A stretch of 64,000 bases of DNA from Octopus sinensis (taxonomy: Eukaryota): positions 49,166,001 through 49,230,000 of the forward strand of contig NC_043015.1 of the NCBI RefSeq assembly GCF_006345805.1, in the 5' to 3' direction. Position numbers and translations under genes: made by a program. Positions 12,258 through 25,755 of the stretch are shown here, piece after piece; the stretch's first letter is position 1; each line of letters begins with the position of its first letter. The notes beneath the pieces were generated by a model, which saw only the letters and a list, made by a program, of their open reading frames with translations, was not told the DNA's origin and did not search any database.

Positions 12258-12796
12258 TACAGGCAGGTATATATATAAACATGTCGAACAGGCAAATAGC
12301 TAGCTAGCTATCCACTCGTTCCATTGTCTATTTGTACGTGCGTCTGTTGATTTATGTACGCAAAAGGCATGGCTGCCTGTTCCATTATGACCTGACATTA
12401 TTGATTGCAATACATTTCCTCAGAGTAAAACGATATGAAAACGAATAATTTCCAGAATTATCCCACACGTAACATCGGTAGAAATGTACTTTTATTACAC
12501 AGTTCCGCAAAACGCAACATTATGATATTAATTTCTAGCCAAAGTATTGAACGAAGTCGTGTGTGTGTGTGTGGTCCGACATTGCTCGTCTGGTATCAGA
12601 TTTTAGCAGCCGATCGACTAAATTAGATTGTAAGCCATAGTTACAGCTTTTTGTTCGTAGATGTGAGCTAAAAATTTCAGTGATAAGTTTGCTTCCGAGC
12701 CATATGGCTCCAAGTTCAGCCCCAAGTTCAGTGTCTTCTGCTATAGACCCGGGCTGACCGAAACTTTGAGAATGGATTTGGTAGCTGCCATGCATA

Positions 12797-12990
12797 TCTC
12801 TTATTATAAAAGGCAGATTTTATCTGCCTCCCTTTATAACTTATAGAAATCTACAATATAGGATTTCTTCAATTACAATTTACCTAGCATTTTTAAGAGT
12901 AGAATGCATCGGGTCATGCCAGGTCCAGTTTTTAAAATTTAAACTCCAATTAAGCAAAATTTACAGAAAACTCACATTCTGGTGTGTATG
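12797..12990 (+). mobile_element. Possible Helitron 5' end fragment
   Basis: A|TCTCTTATTATAAAAG start resembles the A|TCTTTATATATAAAAG start at 745; no 3' CTAG hairpin found. Confidence 0.3.
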
Positions 12991-13507
12991 TGTCAAATGC
13001 TTTTCTTAATGTGGTTTACACTAACCGCACACGCACACACACAGTGTGCAACGAATAAAATGAAATAAATAGCGACAGAGTGATTTGATGAAACTAAACT
13101 GAAAGTATTTAAACCACTACTCAAAAAATAAAAAAAAAAAACAGCAAACAGAAACAAATAAATACATAACGATTTACTCCTCACACAATTTCTTCAATTA
13201 GAGTTTACCTAAGATTTTTCAAGTACTCCATTCTGTCATGCCATAATATATTTCTTTCAATTTCACCCCCAAGTAAGACAAAATTCGAGAAAACTCAATA
13301 TTTTAAAACATTTCCACTCCGAAAGCATTGATGTACATGTGTGCGTGCGTGAGTGTGTGTGTGTGTGTGTTGTTGTTTGATGGGTTGTGCGACACAGAAA
13401 GTGTGGTGTGTAAGTGAAGTGCTTTTGTTAGTGCGTGTAAAGAGACAGACAGAGTGAAAGACAGAAATAACGGAACTTTTTTTTATTCACTTTTTGTAGT
13501 GAGTGAC

Positions 13508-13607
13508 NNNNNNNNNNNNNNNNNNNNNNNNNNNNNNNNNNNNNNNNNNNNNNNNNNNNNNNNNNNNNNNNNNNNNNNNNNNNNNNNNNNNNNNNNNNNN
13601 NNNNNNN
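13508..13607. other. Assembly gap (100 N)
   Basis: Run of exactly 100 N, typical of an unknown-size scaffold gap. Confidence 0.98.
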
Positions 13608-14105
13608 CCTTCTTCTATCATATTCTCTCAATGTTGGTCAACTTGTGCCGCAGGGTCTCGGAGGAGATAGTATTAGTTGAAGGCTACCAAACCAGCCACA
13701 CACACAGACAACTTCAGCTTTATATATATATAGATATAAATACTTATGCAGTGAAGATGGAAAAAGAAAAAAAAACAACAACAAAGCAATTATTCACAGA
13801 CTAATATTCATTTAATTAGATCAAGACAATGATGGGCAGCAACTCCGGTCATTCTTCGGTTTTGTTAAACCTCCTTAGTTACGCACAGCGTTCAGCATAC
13901 GTCCCAAAGTAGAGTTCACAATATCTTGATTTATTTCTAAACGGTGTCAACCAACTCGTGTTCACGTTCTTTCGTTAATCTTGCAGAATTCCCAGATGAA
14001 TTTTATAAGTGGCTGCATTGTTCTGGCGATGGTGATGACAGCTGAATTCGGGCCGTCGGCGTCTTTATAATTCATTTTCCTTTAAACTCGACAACAGTAC
14101 ACCAC

Positions 14106-14151
<46 letters not shown>

Positions 14152-14878
14152 TGCGTGTGTGTGTGTGTCTGCGTGTGTCTACGCGCATGAATGTGCGGAG
14201 TGCTGTGGTGATACATAAATCTATATTATATTACTGTTTTACCTATATATATATATATATATAGATATATATATATATATATATATATAAGCATGTATGT
14301 ATGCATGTATGAATATATATGTGTGTGTGTGATACACATATGTTTGTGTATGAACAGAGAGAGAGGGAGAGGGAGAGGCGAGGAGAGAGACGAAGGAAAG
14401 ACGGAGAGAGAGAGAGAGAAGAGGGAGAGATGGGGAGGGAGAGAGGAGGGAGAGAAAGAGAACGTGAGAGCGAATAATTTGATGCCAATATTCTTCGAAG
14501 CAATTTTTGGAATTCACAGAATTTTGAGCATTCAAATTATAAAACATACATCTGAAGCAGGCCATTCACAGATCTCCACTAATCAAAACCTACTTCCAAG
14601 TCAAGTTAAATAACATCGTTTACTCACAGTAATACTTGTCCAAACAAGCACTTATATCTATGATAAAACGATTCAGTATTTTTCTGTAGACGGAGAGTCT
14701 AAATATAAAGAAAAGCCGACACGTCCAGGCATGGCTGTCTGGTTAAGAAATACGCTTCGCAATGACATATTTCTCAGTTCGCTTCCACTGCGCAGAACTT
14801 TAGGTAAATGTCTTTCACCGTAACCTGGGATCAAGCAAAACCTTGGTTGATCCAAGGTGTATGGTACGAGACCCAAGG

Positions 14879-15053
14879 TTATTGTGAATAAGTGGCTGTG
14901 TGGTAAGTAGCTTGCTTACGAACCACATGGTTCCGGGTTCAGTCCCACTGCGTGGCACCTTGGGCAAGTGTCTTCTACAATAACCTCGGGCCGACCAAAG
15001 CCTTGTGAGTGGATTTGTGTAGACGGAAACTGAAAGAAGCCCGTCGTATAGTG

Positions 15054-15101
<48 letters not shown>

Positions 15102-15107
15102 ATATAG

Positions 15108-15159
<52 letters not shown>

Positions 15160-15750
15160 GGAATAAACACATAAATGTGAAACAAGGTGGAAAAGAAGAG
15201 TACTCAAATACCAGGGGTAGAGTAATATGGTTTATTTAAAAGCAGCAGAAATTCAACAAAACCTGTACTCGGAGTTTCACGTTCCCGTTCGTCGGACGGG
15301 ACGTGAAACACTGAGTAACAGGTTTTGTTGAATTTATGCTGCTTTAAATAAACCATATTACTCTACCCTGGTATTTGAGTACTCTTCTTTTTCCACCTTG
15401 TTTCACATTATGGTTTTTCCGGTATATATATATATATATATAATATATATATATATATGTTATCTACATATATACGACGGGCTTCTTCAGTTCCGCTACA
15501 CAAATCCATCACAAGGCTTTGGTCGGCGGGTTATTGTAGAAGACACTGCCCAAGGTGCCACGCAGTGGGACTGAACCGGAACCATGTGGTTGTAAGCAAG
15601 CTACTTACCACACAGCCACTTATTCACAATAATATTTAAAAAGCAGCAGAATCAACAAAACTGTACTCGGAGTTTCACGTTCCCGTTCGTCGGACGGAAC
15701 GTGAAACTCGAGTAACAGGTTTTGTTGAATTTATGCTGCTTTTAAATAAA
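14879..15750. repeat. Large fold-back (SINE A half + TA + PLE pLTR mirrored), followed by a second pLTR hairpin
   Basis: 14879-15290 mirrored by ~15300-15631 with many 1-bp deletions; second hairpin 15636-15750. Confidence 0.85.
15262..15297 (-). ncRNA. Minimal hammerhead-like motif, U4C core variant (family P3)
   Basis: GT-CCGACGA-ACG(GGAA)CGT-GAAA-CTC-C-GAG-TA-CAGG on the minus strand. Confidence 0.55.
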
Positions 15751-15765
15751 GTATATACACACACA

Positions 15766-15817
<52 letters not shown>

Positions 15818-16736
15818 TGGGTGGTGTAGTGTGTGTGTGTGTGTGTGTATGTTTGTGTTTCTCTGTTTGTCCCCCAACATCGCTTGACAACCGATGCTGG
15901 TGTGTTTACGTCCCCGTAACTTAGCGGTTCGGCAAAACAGACCGACAGAATAAGTACTAGGCTTGCAAAGAATAAGTCCTGGGGGGTCGATATGCTCGAC
16001 TAAAGGCGGTGCTCCAGCATGGCCATAGTCGCATGACTGAAACAAGTAAAACAGTAAAACAATAAAACAGTAAATGGAAACTGCGGAAACTCGTTGGCTG
16101 TACACACACACACACACACACACACAATACTACACACACATTTTTACCTTAATTACCAGTTCGGACCTGTCCTTGTTATTCATCAGAATTGAAAAAAAAT
16201 TATAAAATAAAATAAAAAAAGTATAAAAGCAACTCTAGATTTTTCTCACTTCATTTCGCCAATGTTTCACTTGTTTTTTTTTTAATCTACTACAAATTCT
16301 TCTTTAGCCTTTATACACCCACGAATGGCCTGTACTAACGAAACGGACAAGAGAACCCATTACTGTTCCTGTTTGTTTATACCAAAGCCCCGGTATATAC
16401 CGAGCGGCCTTACAAAGAAAATCAATTTATAAAACACCGCCAAAACAAACTCGGCATTGAATAAATAACACGCGTTTTTCTCTTCTGCATTGAAACACAT
16501 TATCGATTAGATCTCGAAATTGTTTAGGTTATTGTTATATAATTCGTAACTGTGAATTTATGAGATCAATTATTAGAAGGTGGTGGTGGATGGTGGTGTA
16601 TCGTTACCGCGCCAGACAAAATGCTTAGCGGCGTTTCTTCCGGTTTTACACGTTCTGAGTTCAAGTTCCGCTGAGGTCGACTTTGCTTTTCTTTCTGACA
16701 GGGTCAAGGAAATAAGTACCAGTCAAGGACTTAGAT

Positions 16737-16781
<45 letters not shown>

Positions 16782-16801
16782 CATACATTATGCACACACA
16801 A

Positions 16802-17172
16802 TGGCCCTGTGGTTAGGGCAGCGGACTCGCGGTCATAGAAGCGCGCGGTTTCGATTCCCAGACCGGGCGTTGTGAGTGTTTATTGAGCGAAAACACCTAA
16901 AGCTCCACGAGGCTCCGGCAGGGGGTGGTGATGAACCCTGCTGTACTCTTTCACCACAACTTTCTCTCACTCTTACTTCCTCTTTCTCTTCTGCCTGTAA
17001 TTCAAAGGGCCAGCCTTGTCAGACTCTGTGTCACGCTGAATCTCCTCGAGAACTACGTTAAGGGTACATGTGTCTGTGGAGTGCTCAATCACTTGCACAT
17101 TAATTTCACGAGCAGGCTGTTCCGTTCGTCGGATCAACTGGAACCCTCGTCGTCGTAAGCGACGAAGTGCCA
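16802..17172 (+). mobile_element. tRNA-derived SINE family C, full length
   Basis: TGGCCCTGTGGTTAGGGCAGCGGACTC head with GTTTCGATTCCC B-box; related copies at 46613-46792, 47775-48110, 48695-48893, 61585-61770. Confidence 0.85.
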
Positions 17173-17200
17173 ACAAAATATGTAGATATATACATAATAA

Positions 17201-17234
<34 letters not shown>

Positions 17235-17449
17235 CACACATATATATACATACTTACATTTCACGTAAATATCGAACAATGAGAATAAGGGCTCAACACT
17301 GCTTTGGTTGATAAATATTTTTTACTTATGTATTAAGACTACCATTGGTTTCATGTTAAGGAATTCCTCAACAATTATCAAGCCTCAACATACAAAAATG
17401 TGTGTGTGTATATATATATCTATATATATATATATATATATACTCTCTC

Positions 17450-17905
17450 TTTTTTACTCTTTTACTTGTTTCAGTCATTTGACTGCGGCCATGCTGGAGC
17501 ACCGCCTTTAGTCGAGCAAATCAACCCCGGGACTTATTCTTTGGAAGTCCAGTACTTATTCTATCGGTCTTTTTTGCCGAACCGCTAAGTGACGGGGACG
17601 TAAACACACCAGCATCGGTTGTCAAGCAATGCTAGGGGGACAAACACAGACACACAAACACACACACGCATACATATATATATATATATATAAACAAACA
17701 ACTGTATTAGTATGGCGCTCAGGAATATATATGTATATATATATATACATATATACGACAGGCTTCTTTCAGTTTCTGTCTACCAAAGCCACTCACAAGG
17801 CATTGATCGGCCCAAGAAGACACTTGCCCAAGATGCCACGCAGTGGAACTGAACCCGGAACCATGTGATTGGTTAGCAAGCTACTTGCCACACAGCCACT
17901 CCTGC
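17450..17905 (-). mobile_element. SINE family A
   Basis: Full motif set, expanded internal microsatellite. Confidence 0.88.
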
Positions 17906-18651
17906 GCCTATATATATATATATGAGGTCGACTTTGCCTTTCATCCTTTCGGGGTCGATAAATAAAGTACCAGTTTCGCACTGGGATCGATGTAATCGGC
18001 TTAATCCCTTTGTCTGTCCTTGTCTGTCCCCGCTATGTTTAACCCCTTGTGGGCAGTAAAGAAATATATATATATGAATATGTGTATGTGTGTTTGTGTG
18101 TTTCTTCACAGTTGGGACCAAGTGTTTGCAAACATACACCCTGAATCACGTGGCTATGTCTTTGCCCGTTGCATCACGTTTGCAGAAATTCAAGTTTATT
18201 TTTTTTATTAGACTAAAATTGGACCAAAATAAAAAAAAATAAAAAATTCAGAATTCTAAAAATGCCGAGATTATTATCTGAGGTGAAGGGGTCACATCCT
18301 TCTCAAATAAACCCACAAGGAATTTACATTTTTTCTATAAATATTTTCCTGGGAATGTTTTTAAACTTGGATTATATAAAGAACATGAACTATAAATAGT
18401 TTAATTATATTGACTTAGTGTCAAATATCTTGGGAATAATTCATTTTACCGGCACCAAAACCTAAGAAAATAGATCAGTTAAAAGATTCTAACAGTGAAG
18501 CCATGTAAAAGCACGTTTTCCATTGAAAGAAGCTAATTTTATGCTTTCTCTTTCTCTCTTAGGATTTGATTTCCAAATAGCGTCCGTCTTAAAGTAGGCT
18601 GATCATTCTCACTCTCTTGTATCAACCCAGGAGTCCAGATATAAGAAATTA

Positions 18652-18965
18652 TCAAGACTCAGCACCATACCACACAAGTCATGGCTTTCAGACAATTTCT
18701 GCGACCACGACACCCCTAACATCTGGTCATCTAACTCCCCGGACTGCAACCCCCTTGATTATTATGTATGGGGTACAGTTGATCGAGAGACCAATAAAAC
18801 TCCTGGCAACATCAAAGATGAACTGAAGGCAAGGGTTATGGCAGCATTCACCAACTTAAAGAAGGAGACCGTCCAGAAGAGTTGCCGGAGAAGTCGTCTG
18901 GAGGCCGTGGTTGAAGCCAATGGCGATTTTATAGAATAAATTAACTCTTTAGTATTTCAAGATAT
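18652..18965 (+). pseudogene. DD37D (maT-like) Tc1/mariner transposase 3' fragment
   Basis: Near-identical to 20868-21180; QDSAP...NSPDCNPLDYYVWG...EAVVEANGDFIE*. Confidence 0.8.
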
Positions 18966-18989
18966 GTATTTATTGTGTTTTCGTTTGTA

Positions 18990-19390
18990 TGTAAGCCAAT
19001 CTGTAAAGTACAATGCTCAACTTGCAATAAAAATATGGACTCTAACAAAGGAATTGAAAAGAAAACTAGATGAGACGTGTGCAAGACTTCTGAGAGCATC
19101 GCTTGACATCAAATGGTAGTACCACATAATAAATCTGAGTCTTTATGGTAATCTTTTTAAGATTTGCATCCTCCTAGACTGAGATTTTGTGGACACTGCT
19201 TTCGTAATAAGGGTGAAATAGTGAGATAAATGTGAGAATTAACACACGGAAAACGACGTAAGGGTCGTCTTGCCAGGACATATATCGATTATCGACCAAC
19301 TGATTGAAAACTCTGGTCTACTGAAAGCGACCTACCAAAAGCAGTACAAGAGAGAGACAAGCGGTTGACACTGTTCGTCTGCGAACGACG
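18990..19390 (+). pseudogene. Decayed RTE/RTE-X LINE ORF2 C-terminal fragment
   Basis: From 19036 WTLTKELKRKLDETCARLLRASLDIKW*...LYGNL, then RLRFCGHCFRNKGE and HGKRRKGR..RTYID across frameshifts. Confidence 0.7.
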
Positions 19391-20350
19391 CATTACATTT
19401 TCAGTGTACTTTTTAGAATAGAATTTTGAAATTTTAGCCATTGTTATTTTCATCTAATTTTCAAAGATTTTTTAAAGAATTATTTACTTTGCTGTATCTG
19501 AATTCACTGAAATATTTCCGTGAAGAGATCTAACATTTGCTGAAATTGATCGTTCTCAACCTTTTAAAGTGAAAAATCATGTATTTTCACTGATATCAAA
19601 CCTGTTAAAATCCTGGAATTTTGCTTCATTCCATCCAAGCTAACGTCAAATTTCTCATTAATAACTATGAACAGCTCAAGGAGGAATGAAATAAAATTTA
19701 TTTATTTATTTGAATGGTTCATCGATTATTAATACAGTAATTGAGCAAAAAAATAGCTGAAAACGAGATAACATTTCAACATTATCTGTTGTTATTAGGA
19801 ACAGTACCCCACCATAAAAAAATGCATTCAAGATTATGAATTAGTCCTGGTGTTAAGTAAGATAAGAAATTTTATTTTACTTCCTGATTTCAAAATATTT
19901 TTTCCATTTAGATAAAAATTACTTAAGGTATAATTTAACAATTATCAGAGGGAAACGTATTATAAAATAGGACTTCCTCGTCCTATTTATAAATACGTAT
20001 TTTAGACTCAAGCCTCAGTTTCAAAGAGACTAAAGACGAATGATTCAAATCTGGTATATGACAAGTAGTTGATATATCGGTCGTAGGGTAAACGAAAAAG
20101 GTACAGTTAACTTCTGTTGAATCTGTTATACAAACGGTGAGTCATCGAAGTAGATATAAAAAGCACAAAAGTGGAACAAAGTAAAAAAAAATCCCGTCCC
20201 ACATGTAGACAAATACAATCGTCTGGTTTACCCATTAGGCAAACACACTTCATTTAAAATTGCTTTTGCACACACTATTTATATATTGTTTAATAATATG
20301 AATAAGCACACTTACAGTCTGACAAACACATACGTTCCTGTATGTATGTA

Positions 20351-20396
<46 letters not shown>

Positions 20397-20414
20397 CACA
20401 CACACATAAACATA

Positions 20415-21276
20415 CAGTGTGCGACGGGTAAATTGTCGCCATTTTATTTTATTAACTTCGTGCTTGAGCATTGTTTTTAACTTTGTCAACTACACAGCAT
20501 AATAGGGTCAGTTGGGCACTGTCTGTGAGAAAAAAACAGCACCATGACGCTGACGCAATTAACTCTACCAGAAATTTTGAAAATAACATGCTCCATTGCT
20601 CGGCATTCGCGCCGGAAGCTCCAATACGAACATTTCAGAGTGTTTAGGAGTCAATCTGAGGACAGTGCAATCAGAGGACATGTACCTAGAGTGATAAAGA
20701 TCAAACATCCAGTGAACATCATGGTGTTTGAAGTGATCGTTAGTGATGGCGAGGTAATCCTCCATTCATCTTCCCACACGGCCTCAGACTCAACATGGAG
20801 TGCCTGGAGAAGGTAGAGATGTCCTGGGCCAAGAGGGTGGCTGCTGGAAGACCCTATGTTTGGCAACAAGACTCAGCACCATACCACACAAGTCATGGCT
20901 TTCAGACAATTTCTGCGACCACAACACCCCTAACATCTGGTCATCTAACTCCCCGGACTGCAACCCCCTTGATTATTATGTATGGGGTACAGTTGACCGA
21001 GAGACCAATAAAACTCCTGGCAACATCAAAGATGAACTGAAGGCAGGGGTTATGGCAGCATTCACCAACTTAAAGAAGGAGACCGTCCAGAAGAGTTGCA
21101 GGAGAAGTCGTCTGGAGGCCGTGGTTGAAGCCAATGGCGATTTTATAGAATAAATTAACTCTTTAGTATTTCAAGATATTTTGATGTAATTTTGGTAAAT
21201 ATTTCTATTAAAATGGGATGTCTGTGTTATTTTAACGTTTGCATAATTCTGGCGACAGTTTATTCACCGCACCTTA
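20415..21276 (+). mobile_element. Internally deleted DD37D (maT-like) mariner element
   Basis: Imperfect ~27-bp TIRs (CAGTGTGCGACGGGTAAATTGTCGCCA / TGGCGACAGTTTATTCACCGCACCTTA) flanked by TA; transposase motifs KHPVNIMVF, YVWQQDSAP, NSPDCNPLDYYVW. The 37-residue D-D spacing is inferred after restoring a small deletion. Confidence 0.8.
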
Positions 21277-21279
21277 TAT

Positions 21280-21360
21280 ACCACATACATACATACATAC
21301 ATACATACATACATACATACATACATACATACATAAATATATATATATATTATATAGATG

Positions 21361-21440
<80 letters not shown>

Positions 21441-21459
21441 CATACATACATATATATAT

Positions 21460-21525
<66 letters not shown>

Positions 21526-21646
21526 GCATTACATTATATATATGTACATACATTAAAAATACACACCCACAGATATATGGAATGCATGTATATGTGTGTA
21601 TGCATAATAACATACATACAAACATACATACATACATATATAATAC

Positions 21647-21681
<35 letters not shown>

Positions 21682-21782
21682 CATATGATATATATATATA
21701 TACATTCACACACACATCAAACACACACCCACACACACACACATATATATATATATTACATATATATTATACATACATTCAT

Positions 21783-21816
<34 letters not shown>

Positions 21817-21860
21817 ATATATATACATATATTCATATGTATGTGTGTATATAATGTATT
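21280..21860. repeat. (ATAC)n/(TA)n/(CA)n compound microsatellite
   Basis: Directly visible. Confidence 0.95.
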
Positions 21861-23367
21861 TAAACCAGTTCTACCTCAATCCGTTGATAGCAATCTATTC
21901 TCAAACAATTACCTCCCCAAACAAGTTTGGCCATAGCGTCATTTTAAATATTTGATGCCCGTTCCCAGCAGACGTGAAGTTTGTTATTTGTTTTTGAGTG
22001 TCGTAAGATCATGCAGACGATAACCGTCAGAAGGCAGCTGTTAGCAACAGGTCCATCCCGTTTTAAACAATGAAGAACAATAAGACTGTTCTAAAATAGA
22101 GTTTGGTCAGATATTCATATTGAAATTGTAAATGTCTATTGAAATATCTATTTCTATTGGAATTGTAAATATCTGAGAGTGTAATTGTTGCGTTGCTCTA
22201 CACCTATGATAAAAAGCATTTCAGCCGAGACTGTACTGTTTGTTTAGGGTAGTGATTCTCAACCGGGGTTCACAAGATATTTGGGTGTCTATATAAGATT
22301 TAGTTGTTGAAATTTGTGAGTAATAAATCGGTTATACTTTTCCAGTACACAAAATAATAACTGCTTGGCTTTATCAATAATGGCGTCTCACCTACGTATT
22401 TTTGGACTTAAGAAAGGCGTGAATATCATACATTCTCGTTTTACCATTAGTTTGCAGGGGGCAGATACATTGCTGGTGATACTAAACAAATACTGTTTAT
22501 TTTTTACATCAGTAATAGCCCTAGAGATACTCATAAATACACAACAACCCCCATGGACGCAGTGTATCGATTGGTTGAGAAGATCGCTTCGCAATCACAA
22601 GAACTTGGAATCGATTCCACTGAATGTGTTTTACCATCACCTCGTGTCGACTCGAGTTTTCTGAATGAAATTAGGTTTGTGGAAACGGTGCGGAAACTCG
22701 TCGGATGCATTGTACGCGTAACTCAAAGATCTTGTCTTGTCATATGCAGTGTTACATTAATTCTTCCACGGCGATTATGATAAAGGTACGCTTGTCTGTG
22801 AAATATTCAGCCACTTACGCAGTAATTCAATGAGCAGGTAGTTCAGTCGATTAAATAACTCAATACTCATCGTCGAAACCGACTGAAACCCACTTTTATT
22901 TACAACTACCAGTTGTATACAGGGGTTGATTCAATTTACTAATCTCTATAATCCTCTATGAAACCCAAATGCATTGAGGATGCTATGAGGAAAGTCCTAA
23001 ACACAACTCGAATTAGGGGCTAAAATTACAAGCGGCACCCATGGAAATTTTCTTATTTTGGGAAACGGTAAGATTATTAGAAGTTTACAGAGAACCATGA
23101 AATACAAAAATTCTTCTGAAATTATATGTTGTCTGAGGTGTTTGATTTTTGGGATTGTGTGAAGTCCACACAGGTAGAACTGAAAGTGCAGTCTTAGAAG
23201 AGAACATCTTTGAAAACTAAATTCGTTGTTATACATTTGGCCCCTCAATCTCGAGCACTGTTATTTTAACAGTAGAATCGATCAAAAACCTAAGCCATAT
23301 CGATATCCTGCTATGGTATACTATTGATAATTGGTAAAGTTTTATCAAATCTTAATACTCTGAATTA

Positions 23368-23887
23368 CTGTAAATCCTCGACTATAGTCCGTCCTTGAGT
23401 ATAATACGCAGGGAATTTTTATGGGGCTGTACCTCTGAAAAACCTAAACCTTGCGTATAATACGCACCCCTTCTCTAACTTGAGTCGTGCGTAATTAAGC
23501 CTAATCGTACCTAATCGAACCTAATCGAACAAACACCTACCCGCATGCATAATACAATAATGGTGATGTTCTTAACTGTTATATGGGAATGTAAATATAT
23601 TTGCAAATTGTTTTTGTTACATGTTATTCTGTGTTCTGAATACTTTTATTTTAATAAATGTTGCTTACTGCAAGTTATGGATGATTCTTCATTGCTTTCA
23701 GACTTAGCTTAAGGTATTTTCGCGTCCGACATCACAAAATACGTCTGAACAAACATTGCTGGACAGCAAATAGAGACTCGGGCATCTTAGAAAATATTTT
23801 TCATTTTTAAGCTCGTATATAGTACGCACTAGGGATTTTGACCTCTAAATTTTGCAAAAAATGCGGATTATACTCGAGGATTTACGA
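23368..23887. mobile_element. pogo/Tigger-like MITE
   Basis: TA|CTGTAAATCCTCGACTATAGTCCG ... CGGATTATACTCGAGGATTTACGA|TA imperfect 24-bp TIRs, TA TSD. Confidence 0.75.
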
Positions 23888-23957
23888 TACATTATTTTCA
23901 TATCAGAGAAAAAAAAATATATATGGTTAGACTTGAACAAACAATACCAGCGAGCGA

Positions 23958-24034
<77 letters not shown>

Positions 24035-24166
24035 CTGTCTGTCTATCTAAACGAGGCTGCAGTGGGATTTGAACTCTCTCCGCGTAAAAACCCTCACCAG
24101 CAAGGGCGTCATCCGACAGGTGTAGGAATTCACCAACAACGTAGGGATACTGCGCATACCTTCATT

Positions 24167-24213
<47 letters not shown>

Positions 24214-24266
24214 GCTACTGCTGCTGCTGCTATTACTACTACTATACTACTACTACTATACTACTA

Positions 24267-24307
<41 letters not shown>

Positions 24308-24309
24308 AT

Positions 24310-24348
<39 letters not shown>

Positions 24349-24701
24349 AACATCAGACACCTTCCTTCATTCCCTCGTCTAAAATCCTCACCCACTCTCT
24401 CTTCTATGCTAACTTATAGGGTTAATTTTAAGCCCTTAATCTTGCAAGTTATGAGATTATCTTCACCAAGTGCTGTTGCTACGAATAAAAAAAAAAGGAA
24501 GAAAATAGATAAATAAAATAAAAATAAAACAACGGCACTCGGTGAAGTGGCTGGCATTAGGAATGGCATTCAGCAATGGAAAAAAACCACGTCAAAGCAA
24601 AGGTGAGGCTCAATGTAAATCCTCTCGGACAGTTAAAAAAATGTCAGTATGGGAGGCGGACGTCAAAATGTTAATGATGATAATGAACTACACATAATAA
24701 T

Positions 24702-24777
<76 letters not shown>

Positions 24778-24784
<7 letters not shown>

Positions 24785-24840
24785 AGGGTACTACTATTCG
24801 TAGATACCAACACGCTACGAATAGTAGTACCCTCAATATA
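24778..24840. repeat. Perfect 26-bp inverted repeat (PLE-end-like hairpin) in a (TA)n tract
   Basis: TATATTGAGGGTACTACTATTCGTAG / CTACGAATAGTAGTACCCTCAATATA with 11-nt loop. Confidence 0.9.
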
Positions 24841-25020
24841 ATATAAATGAATATTTTCAAAGAGGAAGAATTTACGGATTTTTTCTCTTACGAGGTTTTT
24901 CACGCTGACTACTGATAATTCTTTTAAAGATTTTATCCTCAATTGTTAATATATATATATAATATATATATATATAATATATATATATTATATATATATA
25001 TATTCATATATCTATATATG

Positions 25021-25119
<99 letters not shown>

Positions 25120-25554
25120 GGCGCAGGAAGTGGCTGTGTGGTAAGTAGCTTGTTTACCAACCACATGGTTCGGGTTCAGTCCCACTGCGTGACACCTTGG
25201 GCAAGTGTCTTCTACTATAACCTCGGGCCGACCAAAGCCTTGTGAGTGGACTCGGTTGACAGAAACTGAAAGAAGCCCGTCGTGTATATGTATATATATA
25301 TATATGTATGTGTATGTGTGTGTGTTTGTGTGTCTGTGTTTGTTCCCCTAGCTGTGTTTGTTCCCCTAGCTGTGTTTGTTCCCCGATGCTGGTGTGTTTA
25401 TGTCCCCGTCACTTAGCGGTTCGGCAAAAGAGACCGATAGAATAAGTACTGGGCTTACTAAAGAATAAATCCCGGGGTCGAGTTGCTCGATTAAAGGCGG
25501 TGCTCCAGCATGGCCGCAGTCAAATGACTGAAACAATTAAAAGAGAGTAAAAGA

Positions 25555-25555
<1 letters not shown>
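25120..25555 (+). mobile_element. SINE family A, full length
   Basis: GGCGCAGGAAGTGGCTGTGTGG head to AAAAGAGAGTAAAAGAGT tail. Confidence 0.9.
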
Positions 25556-25594
<39 letters not shown>

Positions 25595-25755
25595 TATATA
25601 TATAAGAGGCAGCAACAGGTTGCTTAGCCACATACCGAAAAATTAGAAATAGCTGTCTAAATGGTTATATTTACATGCCGAAATCTACCCGTAAATAATT
25701 GTTGGTCTTTTAAAAAACCATTAAAGCTATTATTTACTCTTATTATATATATATA

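Noticed and set aside
13508-13607. ORFs spanning poly-X
   Set aside because: Artefact of the 100-N scaffold gap
16802-16870. tRNA genes at SINE heads (also 22553-22625 and 24055-24110)
   Set aside because: A/B-box-like motifs continue into SINE bodies; no complete cloverleaf
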